Below are positions 17,894 through 27,179 of a DNA stretch of 64,000 nucleotides, in pieces (positions within the stretch are counted from its first letter, which is position 1; the number at the start of each line of letters is the position of its first letter). Below the pieces are notes generated by a model. That model saw only the letters and a program-made list of their open reading frames with translations. It searched no databases and was not told the origin of the DNA. The translations under genes were made by a program, and so were the position numbers. Source of the stretch: Escherichia phage JLBYU08; sequence record OK272482.1; one strand, written 5' to 3'.

Positions 17894-18352
17894 TCAACAC
17901 TTTTTGTACTCTACTACAACCACATCAATATCTGTGGTTGCAAGATTAATTACATCTTCTACATGTTCCCACTTTAGACCGCCAATACCGCATCCAATTT
18001 TAGGAATGTAGAACGGCAATGACACACCTTTGAATACCTCGTTGACTCGCTCAAAACCTTTCATTATTGAGAAGTATTCAGCATTGGGCCCTGGGTAGAA
18101 CTGGGTATACAGGTTGATTCCATATACGACCCTGTTCTTGGCAAAATGCTCCCAACAAGAAAACATACCCAGCTTGTCCAGATTACCATAGGCAGTCTCT
18201 TTGTCGGCTGCCAGTGCTTGAGGGAACTCACGGGCAATATCTTTCGCTATGCCTGCACCCATTGTATGAAAGCAGTTACAACCGTGGATCAGGTGACCAG
18301 CACCGCTCTTAAAAAGGGAGATTAAATCTCCCGCTACAGTATCAATAATCAC
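17894..18352 (-). CDS. macro-domain protein (ADP-ribose binding/hydrolase-like), 152 aa
   Basis: GDL...HGCNC...MGAGIAKDI and IGCGIGG motifs match macro-domain signatures; GTG start coupled to upstream gene. Confidence 0.7.
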   Translation of the reverse strand: MIIDTVAGDLISLFKSGAGHLIHGCNCFHTMGAGIAKDIAREFPQALAADKETAYGNLDKLGMFSCWEHFAKNRVVYGINLYTQFYPGPNAEYFSIMKGFERVNEVFKGVSLPFYIPKIGCGIGGLKWEHVEDVINLATTDIDVVVVEYKKC

Positions 18353-18767
18353 GGTATGTTAGCTCCTCTTCCGCAATTTCAAAAAACTCATCCCAACCTT
18401 GTGGCATATTTGAGTTGCCGAAGTGGCTTTCATAGTAAAGGTTCTCACCACTTGGGAGATAGAAATCTGTTACCTCGTAGAATCCACAATCGTCGCACTC
18501 GCCTTCTTCAAACTTGGCCTCAACCTTAATACCTAGGAAGGTGAAAAGTTTATGGATATCTTCAGTTTCGAACTCCCAGAAGATATTGTTTTCCGCATCG
18601 GTGTAGAACTGGATCAGCAGACCATTATCCAGTTTACCAAAATATTCTGTGAAGTAACTACCTTCCCAGAAATCTTTATGACAAATAATATCCATGCGCT
18701 TGCCCATGATAAAGGTGTGGGCGTTTTGGGCATCGTCACGAATCAGTTTTGGCATTTCATAGATCAT
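18342..18767 (-). CDS. hypothetical protein, 141 aa, acidic; coupled to macro-domain gene
   Basis: ORF with GGAGAA SD; 11-nt overlap with macro-domain gene. Confidence 0.6.
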   Translation of the reverse strand: MIYEMPKLIRDDAQNAHTFIMGKRMDIICHKDFWEGSYFTEYFGKLDNGLLIQFYTDAENNIFWEFETEDIHKLFTFLGIKVEAKFEEGECDDCGFYEVTDFYLPSGENLYYESHFGNSNMPQGWDEFFEIAEEELTYRDY

Positions 18768-18835
18768 CTTAGTTCTCCGGGTTCAACAGGTGGGGGTGCT
18801 ACAGGAAGATCATAAAACATAGCTATCACAGTCTC

Positions 18836-19033
18836 TTACACAGGAATTGCTTCAAACAGGCCGTTATCTATACCGTCCTTCAGATAGAGATTATATTCTA
18901 TGTCGGTATCTGTATAAAGGGCAGCATCCAGCATTCTATCTGTGAGTCCATCCATTGGGTGGAGAAACCACCACCCACGCCAGTCAAAGTAACAGCCTGG
19001 TGCATCTTCTCTTACACGGATTCGATAAATCAT
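18836..19033 (-). CDS. hypothetical protein, 65 aa
   Basis: ORF with CAGGAGG SD. Confidence 0.6.
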   Translation of the reverse strand: MIYRIRVREDAPGCYFDWRGWWFLHPMDGLTDRMLDAALYTDTDIEYNLYLKDGIDNGLFEAIPV

Positions 19034-19129
19034 GGGCAGTGGCCTCCTGTTAGTTATACATCCCAGTTTTCTTCGTTCATCACGTCCTCCCGTTCTATGA
19101 AGTTATAATTGCACACCTTTCCACCTGTG

Positions 19130-19546
19130 TCAACAGAAAACTTCAACAAACTCTTCCACAGTTTTAATGTCGTGGGAAAAAGGTTTACGGCTATAACGGG
19201 CAATAGCACTATCAACCACCGCCCGGTACTCCAAATCTTCAGAATATTTCATGAAGCATTGCAGCGTCTCTGGGCAGATAGCTAAATAGCTCCACCACCC
19301 TTCTTCAGATTGGTAGTCGAATCCCATACTTTCCAACCATGAAGCATATACTCCTGCACCCTCAAGCCAGTGAGTATTTTCATCCAGAAACTTGTTAATA
19401 GACATGTGAGCTTCTAAGCATTTATCCAGCTCTTTTCCGTTAACCAGCCACGCACTGACCGTGGCGCATCCAAGGTCTACAGATTGAGTTGACAGGTTGT
19501 ATTGGTCATAGTTCTCAGGTTTAACAATGATATCTTCTAATGTCAT
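19130..19546 (-). CDS. hypothetical protein, 138 aa
   Basis: ORF with AAGGAG SD just after terminator. Confidence 0.65.
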   Translation of the reverse strand: MTLEDIIVKPENYDQYNLSTQSVDLGCATVSAWLVNGKELDKCLEAHMSINKFLDENTHWLEGAGVYASWLESMGFDYQSEEGWWSYLAICPETLQCFMKYSEDLEYRAVVDSAIARYSRKPFSHDIKTVEEFVEVFC

Positions 19547-19565
19547 TTTTTAGATCTCCTTATAC

Positions 19566-19593
19566 AAAAATGCCCCACCCTTTCGGGCAGGGC
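19566..19593 (-). terminator. rho-independent terminator (copy 1 of an identical hairpin)
   Basis: Minus strand: GCCCTGCCC-GAAA-GGGTGGGGC followed by ATTTTT; identical hairpin at 30031-30057. Confidence 0.7.
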
Positions 19594-19608
19594 TATGTTA
19601 ACTAAATG

Positions 19609-20835
19609 TTAAAATGGGATGTCATCATCAAAGACGTACTGTGCTGGATTCTGATCCATTGGGTCATCTTCCGCATCATTTACAGGAGGAGCGTCTACAG
19701 TGTTTTGCTGTGGAGCTGCTTCCTGTTTGGCAGCCTGAGGTTCTTGATGGTCAGTGGACTCAGCACCGTTCTTGATCCAATCGTACAACGGCTCAGCTAG
19801 ATTAGTCAAGACATCTTTTGCTTCTGCAGTAATTGCCACTGCAAAATCATCAACTTTCGTTTTCTTGTCAATACGGCGACAAGCGTTCAACACCGCATTA
19901 CCGACACTGGCACCTACTTCATCTTCAGTTCGGTTGGTGGCTTGAGCATACTCTTTCTTAAGCTCAATGGTGACTACGTGCAGTGTTTTAGCCACGCCCA
20001 GTGGGTCGTCTACCTTAAACCCGCGATCCAGGATGATCTGCAACGCATTGATGCTATGCCCCGTTTCCACACCGATAGGGTCGTAAGAGGATTTACGCTT
20101 GCCACCAGAGCCTTGAGTGCCGTTCTCTGCCTTAGGGGGATAGGCCTTGAAACCACTGATAATGTTTCCGGTGTCTTTGTCAACAATGGCTGCAACACGA
20201 CCACCTACCACCAGGTCTTTAAGCTGCTCATCAGTTACAACCATAGCACCTTCGCCAATCTTGTGGTCATTAACAGTAACCACGTTGCCAACAATCTGAG
20301 TCACATCACCATAGATGCGTAAAACGTCCTGATTGGCATTCTGCTGAGGTTTCTGCTTCTGGCCTTGTGATTGTGCACCTTGTTGCTGTTTTTGCTGCTG
20401 AGTCGCTGCTGGAGCCTCTCCTGCACCCAGCTTAACCATCTTAGCCAGTGAGCCCTTGTAATAGGTCTTACCGTTATGCTCGTTTGCCTTCAAAGGGATA
20501 TTTACGATCCATCCTGGCGTTACGGTTTCCCACTTGTCATCAATCTTAACAGAGACAGAGTCTTGATGACCTGGTTTAAGCAGCTTATCACCCATGCTGA
20601 TCCAGACTTCTTCACCACCTTGAAGCAGGTTATCAGAGGAATCCAGTTCAGAAATCAGTAAAGAGATGGTGTGGCTGGATTCAATTTTCTTACCTTGCCA
20701 CACAGTGGTTTTAATACCTGTTGTAGGATCAGCACCTTTGATAGGCTTAATGCTAACACGTTTAATCATGCCGTGAGCCAGTAAAACAGTTTCACGCGGA
20801 TTCATTGGGTTAGCGAATTGTTGAATAACGCTCAT
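19609..20835 (-). CDS. single-stranded DNA-binding protein-like, 408 aa, Gln-rich linker, C-terminus DDDIPF
   Basis: Last six residues identical to E. coli SSB tail; Q-rich linker; position beside replication genes; AAGGAG SD. Confidence 0.6.
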   Translation of the reverse strand: MSVIQQFANPMNPRETVLLAHGMIKRVSIKPIKGADPTTGIKTTVWQGKKIESSHTISLLISELDSSDNLLQGGEEVWISMGDKLLKPGHQDSVSVKIDDKWETVTPGWIVNIPLKANEHNGKTYYKGSLAKMVKLGAGEAPAATQQQKQQQGAQSQGQKQKPQQNANQDVLRIYGDVTQIVGNVVTVNDHKIGEGAMVVTDEQLKDLVVGGRVAAIVDKDTGNIISGFKAYPPKAENGTQGSGGKRKSSYDPIGVETGHSINALQIILDRGFKVDDPLGVAKTLHVVTIELKKEYAQATNRTEDEVGASVGNAVLNACRRIDKKTKVDDFAVAITAEAKDVLTNLAEPLYDWIKNGAESTDHQEPQAAKQEAAPQQNTVDAPPVNDAEDDPMDQNPAQYVFDDDIPF

Positions 20836-21200
20836 TATTTATCTCCTTGTTCTTCGTTAGTGTTTGCCGTGTGTGCAAACCCTGCTTGAATTAATTTGTC
20901 CTGAACTTGAGCCAACAGGCCCATTGCAAAACTTGTGGTCCCAGAGAGGGCCATTAGCATATCTCGTTGTTGAGCTACCCAACCTAAGGCATAGTCCAAA
21001 CGACGATATTTTTCTTCTTCGCGCAGAGCCTGAAATAATTGTTCAGCCTCCGGTTGTTGTGTGAGCTCCTGAAGTCTTCCCATGAAAGAAGAAAGCACTA
21101 GCAAAAGAGACACTTGATCTTTACTTAACCCTAAGAAAAATTCTTGAGGTTGTTCTTGCTCGTTCATCGCAACCGACTCTTGATCGTTCATTTGTTCCAT
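20835..21200 (-). CDS. hypothetical protein, 121 aa, acidic
   Basis: ORF with GGAGAT SD; TAATG coupling to SSB-like gene. Confidence 0.55.
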   Translation of the reverse strand: MEQMNDQESVAMNEQEQPQEFFLGLSKDQVSLLLVLSSFMGRLQELTQQPEAEQLFQALREEEKYRRLDYALGWVAQQRDMLMALSGTTSFAMGLLAQVQDKLIQAGFAHTANTNEEQGDK

Positions 21201-21283
21201 TATGGAATCTCCGATTTTATTTGAACAACATAGAAGGAGACACTATTTTAGCATCCCCTTCTGTAAATTACAATAGGTATTTG

Positions 21284-21529
21284 TTAGTCAATCACTTCAA
21301 AAGTTCCCCAATTCCCGTCCAGCAGGCAGGTGATCGGATCCCCATCGTCGTCAAAGATTTCAAAGTTCTCAGCATCCAGGATGTGGCCCTCGAACACAAT
21401 ACTTTCGTCGCCACCACCAGAAATAACAGCGTATTCCTTACCTTGAGTCAAGTTTTGACATCCTTTGCCACCAAAACCTACTTCAACACAACGTACTTTC
21501 TGTCCTGCGCGAGCAACTACTTCAGTCAT
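21284..21529 (-). CDS. hypothetical protein, 81 aa
   Basis: ORF with CAGGAGA SD. Confidence 0.6.
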   Translation of the reverse strand: MTEVVARAGQKVRCVEVGFGGKGCQNLTQGKEYAVISGGGDESIVFEGHILDAENFEIFDDDGDPITCLLDGNWGTFEVID

Positions 21530-21546
21530 CTTAAGGTCTCCTGATA

Positions 21547-21849
21547 TTAATCGTCAAGTTCAAAATAGATTTTAACAGCTTCATCAAAGATTGGAATCCC
21601 GATGTTGTTGATAAGCTGCCAAACTACCATATCTTTGCCTGGGTCTGGGAGAATGTCAACCTTTCTCCATGCGCTGTATATCCAGTTTGGACCACCTTCT
21701 GCACTAACTGGCAGATTTTCACCAGCCTCCTGCAGATACTTATACAGCAAAAGATATTCTGGATACTCTAGAACACTGTCCTCTGTAGTATATAGCAGTT
21801 CACGGTATACTTTTAAGAACCCTGCTGGGGTGATGTTTTCAGTCTTCAT
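21547..21849 (-). CDS. hypothetical protein, about 100 aa
   Basis: GGGAGAAG SD before second ATG. Confidence 0.55.
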   Translation of the reverse strand: MKTENITPAGFLKVYRELLYTTEDSVLEYPEYLLLYKYLQEAGENLPVSAEGGPNWIYSAWRKVDILPDPGKDMVVWQLINNIGIPIFDEAVKIYFELDD

Positions 21850-22231
21850 TTGCTGCTTCTCCCGCATTCATCAGATCTGCCATAGCGTCACCCACGAAGA
21901 GAACAACCACATCGTTTACCGCGTCAGCATCATCTTTGTTGACGTTGCTGAATTTAGGACACACAGCAATAATCATATAGACACCGTTACCAACCTGAAC
22001 TGTCCGTGTGGTGCACATCATGGTGGTATTTGTGCCTTCTTTGAAGGCGAAGCCTTGAAGACGCTCCTCTAAAGTGTTACCGGTAGATTTCAGAAGCGCC
22101 AGCTCGTCCAAGGCATAGATGATATCTCCGGAAGTTAGTGTTGCCTTGCCATCAGACACCATAATAACTCCATCAGCACCGTCAAGCTTAGAGGCTTCAA
22201 AGATATCAATATCCCAAATATTTTTCATCAC
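21839..22231 (-). CDS. hypothetical protein, 130 aa
   Basis: ORF with GAGGAAG SD. Confidence 0.55.
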   Translation of the reverse strand: MMKNIWDIDIFEASKLDGADGVIMVSDGKATLTSGDIIYALDELALLKSTGNTLEERLQGFAFKEGTNTTMMCTTRTVQVGNGVYMIIAVCPKFSNVNKDDADAVNDVVVLFVGDAMADLMNAGEAANED

Positions 22232-22488
22232 GCTTCCTCGTCGTCTAAAGAGTTGAAGATTTCACCGAAGTATTCTAAGACTTCTAGCTCCCGTGTGGTG
22301 CAGAAAACACAGTCACCGTTGTCATCCTCGATAACGGCCTCTTTACCCAGCACATCTACTTCAAGTTTATCGTTCAACAGGACAGCCCCTGTGTAAACTT
22401 TGTCGGCTGTGCAGTCCCGAAAAGCAGAGTCTTTCTCCAGATAGTCTGGCTTAACCTTGGCTTTAATTCGTTGGTATTGTTTGGTCAT
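22228..22488 (-). CDS. hypothetical protein, about 86 aa
   Basis: AAAGGGGA SD before internal ATG; track ORF begins at TTG. Confidence 0.45.
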   Translation of the reverse strand: MTKQYQRIKAKVKPDYLEKDSAFRDCTADKVYTGAVLLNDKLEVDVLGKEAVIEDDNGDCVFCTTRELEVLEYFGEIFNSLDDEEA

Positions 22489-22551
22489 TGCTGTGGTCCC
22501 CTTTCGTTTTGATAGGGCCATTATATTAGGCTCCATCACTGTTGTCAAGTA

Positions 22552-22773
22552 TTAATGTTCAGGTTTTACAAAAACTACTTCATTAACAGTGCACCAGACA
22601 GAGTCTCCTTCATCATCTTTAAAGGTAAGGCACTGTGCTGAGTTTTCCAGCTCATCGATCTCTTCTTGTGATAAAGGGGCCCCTTCTTCCAGGAGGGCTT
22701 TTACCAGGGGGGTTCTCACAAAACTCTGCTTCATAAATTGCACCGACTGTGCAATCTTTAAAAGCTCGGTCAT
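22552..22773 (-). CDS. hypothetical protein, about 73 aa
   Basis: ORF; no clear SD. Confidence 0.4.
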   Translation of the reverse strand: MTELLKIAQSVQFMKQSFVRTPLVKALLEEGAPLSQEEIDELENSAQCLTFKDDEGDSVWCTVNEVVFVKPEH

Positions 22774-22883
22774 TTGCAACGCATTCTGACTTCAAAGTAA
22801 TTTTCATCTTGGCAGTCTCCTTAGTTATTTAAAAATCAACGCTCTGTTTGTGTGAAACATCTTATATCTAATCTTACTTCTTG

Positions 22884-23255
22884 TCAATGACTATTTTCAA
22901 TCAGCCACACAGGGTCGAGGTAAATTTGTTGGCGTGTTGCCCAATGACAAACTTCATTGTACATCTGAACCTCTTTGTCTGTCAATTCACGAATAGGCTC
23001 ATCTATACCCTCATTTTTGTGGTAATCCCAGTCGGCATCGATTTCCCACAGCCATGACTTGTTGTCACCACGCTTACGCACACAGAAGTCACCAGGACGG
23101 CCTGCCAGTGCATTTAAGAACTCGTTCTCTGCTCGCTCCTGAAGAATGCTAAGGAGCAAAACGTTAGAACATGACCGTAGAATATGCTTCAGCTCACAAT
23201 CATCAATCTCAACTTCAATACGCTGTTTGACTGTGTGAGTACCTTTTACTAACAT
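22884..23255 (-). CDS. hypothetical protein, about 123 aa
   Basis: GGGGAGG SD before internal ATG. Confidence 0.55.
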   Translation of the reverse strand: MLVKGTHTVKQRIEVEIDDCELKHILRSCSNVLLLSILQERAENEFLNALAGRPGDFCVRKRGDNKSWLWEIDADWDYHKNEGIDEPIRELTDKEVQMYNEVCHWATRQQIYLDPVWLIENSH

Positions 23256-23265
23256 CCTGCCTCCC

Positions 23266-23460
23266 CTATACAAACTCTGCAAGTGTTGTGTTGTTCACTG
23301 CACCGCAGTAAATGGAGTATCCCAGCCCATTAAAGTGCAGAAACCACGGCGTGCCGGAATTATCTTTCACGTAGACATCGCCGTTGCTTGTAAAGGGCCA
23401 ATATTCTTCACCAAGGGTGAAATACCTACTCATACCCTCAGCCAGATACTTTACTTTCAT
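23266..23460 (-). CDS. small protein, 64 aa; member of a three-gene tandem paralogue set
   Basis: Shares pattern F..G..Y.V...D..G..W(F/Y) with the two upstream genes; ATGA coupling. Confidence 0.55.
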   Translation of the reverse strand: MKVKYLAEGMSRYFTLGEEYWPFTSNGDVYVKDNSGTPWFLHFNGLGYSIYCGAVNNTTLAEFV

Positions 23461-23684
23461 AGGCCCTCTTCAACAGCTACAAACTTGGCAAGCAGGGTGG
23501 TTCCGTAGATATGATACTCACCGTTTGCCAGATGGGAGATAAACCAGGCAATCCCTTCCTCGTCTTTAATCATCTTGTTTGCACGATTTTTATCGTAATA
23601 AACCTCGTAGGTCTTTCCTTCTTTAAAGAATGACAGGTCTGTCATCTTTTCTTCTACAAAGGTAGCTTTAACCAAAGTCGTCAT
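23457..23684 (-). CDS. small protein, 75 aa; tandem paralogue
   Basis: AAGGAG SD; ATGA coupling; shared motif. Confidence 0.6.
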   Translation of the reverse strand: MTTLVKATFVEEKMTDLSFFKEGKTYEVYYDKNRANKMIKDEEGIAWFISHLANGEYHIYGTTLLAKFVAVEEGL

Positions 23685-23965
23685 TGATCGGTCTCCTTCT
23701 TGTTAAGTCTGAATACTGCAATAATAGCATTCCCAAGGTGCAGTGTCAAGTCATTTCCAAGATACCACAGCATCCCACGGTCATCTTTAATGAAAGGGTA
23801 ACAATCTGGTGCCTTCCAGACATTGTACACTTTCCCAACCTGAAAGAAATCAGGCCCTGTTGGGATTTTGGTGCCAGGCCACACTTGAGATACCTGAACA
23901 CACTCCACCTGCATAATAACAGGAATGGTCATGGATGTAAATGTTTTTGTTGGCTCTACTACCAT
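23681..23965 (-). CDS. small protein, about 94 aa; tandem paralogue (start at MVVEPTK)
   Basis: AAAGAGGAGA SD before internal ATG; track ORF N-terminus would overlap polymerase exon 2. Confidence 0.55.
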   Translation of the reverse strand: MVVEPTKTFTSMTIPVIMQVECVQVSQVWPGTKIPTGPDFFQVGKVYNVWKAPDCYPFIKDDRGMLWYLGNDLTLHLGNAIIAVFRLNKKETDQ

Positions 23966-24014
23966 AAAAGTCTCCTCTTTGCTCAACAACACTTCCATGT
24001 GTTGATAGTTTACA

Positions 24015-24368
24015 TTAGTGACAATCACCCCAATTACGACCACACAAGTATTCACCTGTGATCTGGAACGGGACTCCCATCATTTTAGAAGCTTGCCAGA
24101 AGCAATGTACCACCATTTCGCCCACAGGACTCCAGATAAGTTCAAGCTTTCCGTCATCGTTCAAGATAGGATCGTACACCGTGTTTCCGTCTCTGTCAAC
24201 CACTTCGTTTCCGTTTTCATCCTTGCGTGCCTTTTTGTACTTATGACCGTCGAACACATGAAGTTTGGCCTCCTGCTCTGCCTTAAATGCTTCCAATTCT
24301 TCAATTGTGTCGAAGGTGTACACAGTCTTATACTTCGGTGTGTCAGGTACTTGAAGCTGATATTCATC
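24015..24368 (-). CDS. DNA polymerase (family A) exon 2: motif C (H|DEYQLQV) and C-terminal end ...NWGDCH
   Basis: Supplies the HDE motif and terminal His absent from the upstream 809-aa ORF; follows the omega-G of the intron. Confidence 0.75.
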   Translation of the reverse strand, partial: DEYQLQVPDTPKYKTVYTFDTIEELEAFKAEQEAKLHVFDGHKYKKARKDENGNEVVDRDGNTVYDPILNDDGKLELIWSPVGEMVVHCFWQASKMMGVPFQITGEYLCGRNWGDCH

Positions 24369-24697
24369 CATCTGTTCAGGTAGGTCGTTAAGCTACCCCG
24401 CACCATTACGTGCATAGCCATACAGTTTCCTGTATGGATCGGACTACCTCACTGCCTTGGTAACAAGGCACCTCCCATTTCGACCGCACTTGCTGGCCTA
24501 CTCTACTCGCTTCTTCACACCAACCTATGTTGGAGCTATGCTTTCGATAGTCTCTGAACGTTCATCCTCTCGGATGCTTCGCTGCGGATTAGCATATTGA
24601 GCTTTTACCATACTCAGGTGTAAAAGTCAACTTAGCTTTCCCGTCAATTAAAGAGGTTATTCGACATAGATCACTCTATGAAGCCACAATGTTATTT
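24369..24697 (-). mobile_element. group I self-splicing intron, 329 nt, no internal ORF
   Basis: AAUUGACGGGAAAG, GUUCAGAGACUA and GGUAGUCCGA elements; exon 1 ends in U, intron ends in G; in-frame TAA just inside intron. Confidence 0.8.
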
Positions 24698-27121
24698 ATG
24701 GTAATAGATAATACGACGGACACCTTCATCGTACCACCCACGCTTCACCATTTGGTGGTGCATGAGTATCCCAACTAAGTCACACAACGATGCACCACCA
24801 TTTTGTTGGTATGCATTAAGTAAAGAGTGTTTAGATCGGGTCCAGATGGCATGACCATCAAAAGAGTATATAAACTTCTTACCAGTTGCTTCCCAGAATT
24901 TCTCCAGATCCTCTTTACGCCCCTTAAGACCAGGGTTGGCATCCCAAAGCGCATCGATTACCCTTTGCCCCAACTCTGGAGAGATATCCAGCATGTCTGC
25001 AACTTTATCTTTTTGTGCCCCGTACATAACCCCATACGTGATAGGTTTACCGTCGTTACGGGACACCTCTCTGCCTGCTACTTTTGTATATGCCTCAGCA
25101 TTGTTTTGGTGTGCGTCCCCGTTACTTACAACATCATAATACAAGCCGTTGTCGAACTCAAAGGCACCCCAAGCCCCGATAAGCTGCTCTAAGTTGGACC
25201 CGTCAATACCGATCTCAAAGTATCCTGGAGGAACACCCCACAGACTACGCATCTCTTTACCCATAACCACTTTAGGAGATGGTTTAGGCATGTTTGCACA
25301 AATACTGTGTTTCTGTCGGGAAGTGTTTGTTAGCCCAGAACTTTTAGCAGGAAGCTTATGGTCAATCTTCAAACGTGGGTGATTAAGAAGACCAGTATCA
25401 ACCTTATCCTCCTTGATTGGATCAAGGACCGATCTGCGGTTTCGCAATGATAACCACAAGACGATATCTTTAGCCATCTCTCCGTTCAATTTTTCAAGAT
25501 TTGGGCATAGGTGTCCAAACGTATCTTTCAGCTGCGGAGAAGTAATAAGTGCTCTGGCTTTTCTACGTATTTTCCCGAATACTTCCTTTTTAATCCTTTC
25601 GGAGTTAGGAAAGCTTCGGAACTTGTGCACGGTTGTCTGAAACTTAGCATCAGTTTTGTTCCAGAAGTTGATAATCAGGTCACAATACTCTGACTCTAAA
25701 AGCTCGTCCATGTATGCATATACTCGTGCATCAACATCTGCATCAGGTAGAGCTTTCTTCTTGCTGTCTTTAGTTACATCCTTAGTTCTCCACATTGTCG
25801 GAAGCCAACCAGCACTGATCAGGTATCGCTTAATGTCGTCCTGATTGCTGATTTTCATAGGTATCTTGCAGTCCGGCATTCGCTTCTGCTGTAGATCACT
25901 TATTGCCTGATCCATCAGCTCTTTAGGTAAAGGTTGTGGTGTGGAAGTGCCCTTAATATAGCCTCTCAAGAAATCAGCCATCTTATCAGGGTCTTTGCAG
26001 CCCATCTCTTCACACCATTTTATCCCCATCTTGCTGACATCTCCTGTGGAGGTAAATGCTCGCTTAGGCGGGGCTTTGAACTCCAAAGCACTCATGTCCA
26101 CAGGATAGCCAAGCTTATCTTTTAACCATTTCCAACCATTGTTGGAGATTGTCCCATCTTGGTTAAACGGCTTTTCAGGGAACTTGGGCCGCTGAGACAT
26201 TGACAGCTCTTTTAAAGGAAGTTGAGGTTCAACACGATCAGCGATTTCTTTCATCCACGCATCGCAACGGTCACGTAAAGCAATAGCTCCATCTATGTCG
26301 AAGTATACACCCTGACGGGCCTGCAGCTCCATCAGGAAGTGCTGCAGCATGCCTCGACGTAGTGCGTTCTTCCAGGTGATCTTCTTGAACCCTTTCGGCT
26401 TCTCTTTGGCTGGATCGTACATAAAGTTCTGCATGTCAGATTTGCCGTAGAATACACCTTTTGATTCCGCTACCAGCTCTTTCCAGAGCAGCTCCTGGAT
26501 GATAACGTCCTCGAATACACGATCCACATACTTCCACAACGGAAGATCGCGCCAGTCATCAATTTGAACTTTCTGGTTACCAAGGGCGTAGCCCCATGCC
26601 ATAAGGCCGTGAGGACCAACAGGCTGCATTTTCTTAGTAACCGGGTTGAATACAGAGTCCGGACAACCTTTTGGTAAAGGGCGATCAGGCCACAAGATTC
26701 GGCTCATCGCCAACGTATCAAACAGGTTAACCTGGTGGTCGTTGATAGTCCCCATACATTTAGGATCACGGAACATATCAAAATGAATACCGGATAATCT
26801 CTCCATCAGCATAAAGTCATAACTGTAGCAGTTATGGCAGTTCAAAGCTGTTGGTGACCAGTCGGAATTGCCTGTAAGCCAACCCTCCAACTCTGAAAAA
26901 TCTGCTATGCGAACTTCAAAATCTTTATAAAAAGTTTTCTTTGCCAGAATAAAGTTCTTAGCCTTCTCTATATCCTCTTCGGAGTAGTGTGTGCGGTCAT
27001 TTAGAGGAAGGAACAGCATAAAACGGTTCTTATTCAGCTCTTTAAACAGGCCGCAGTGATAATAAAGATCTGGGTCTTCCAGCAAACCGGATGACTCAAA
27101 ATCGAACGACCACATGCTCAT
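24698..27121 (-). CDS. DNA polymerase (family A) exon 1: 3'-5' exonuclease and polymerase domains through motif B
   Basis: N-terminal WSFDFESSG exo motif; IGIDGSNLEQL (motif A-like); KPITYGVMYGAQ (motif B); AAGGAGAA SD. Confidence 0.9.
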
Positions 27122-27179
27122 ATACAGTTCTCCTTAAAGGGGAGGTGGTTGTACTACCCCTCCCACTCTTTGTTAAACA

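Noticed and set aside
24692-24694. TAA stop ending the polymerase ORF before motif C, read as a truncated or pseudogenised polymerase
   Set aside because: The downstream exon supplies motif C and the C-terminus in frame after removal of a sequence with group I intron signatures; an in-frame stop just inside a group I intron is typical.
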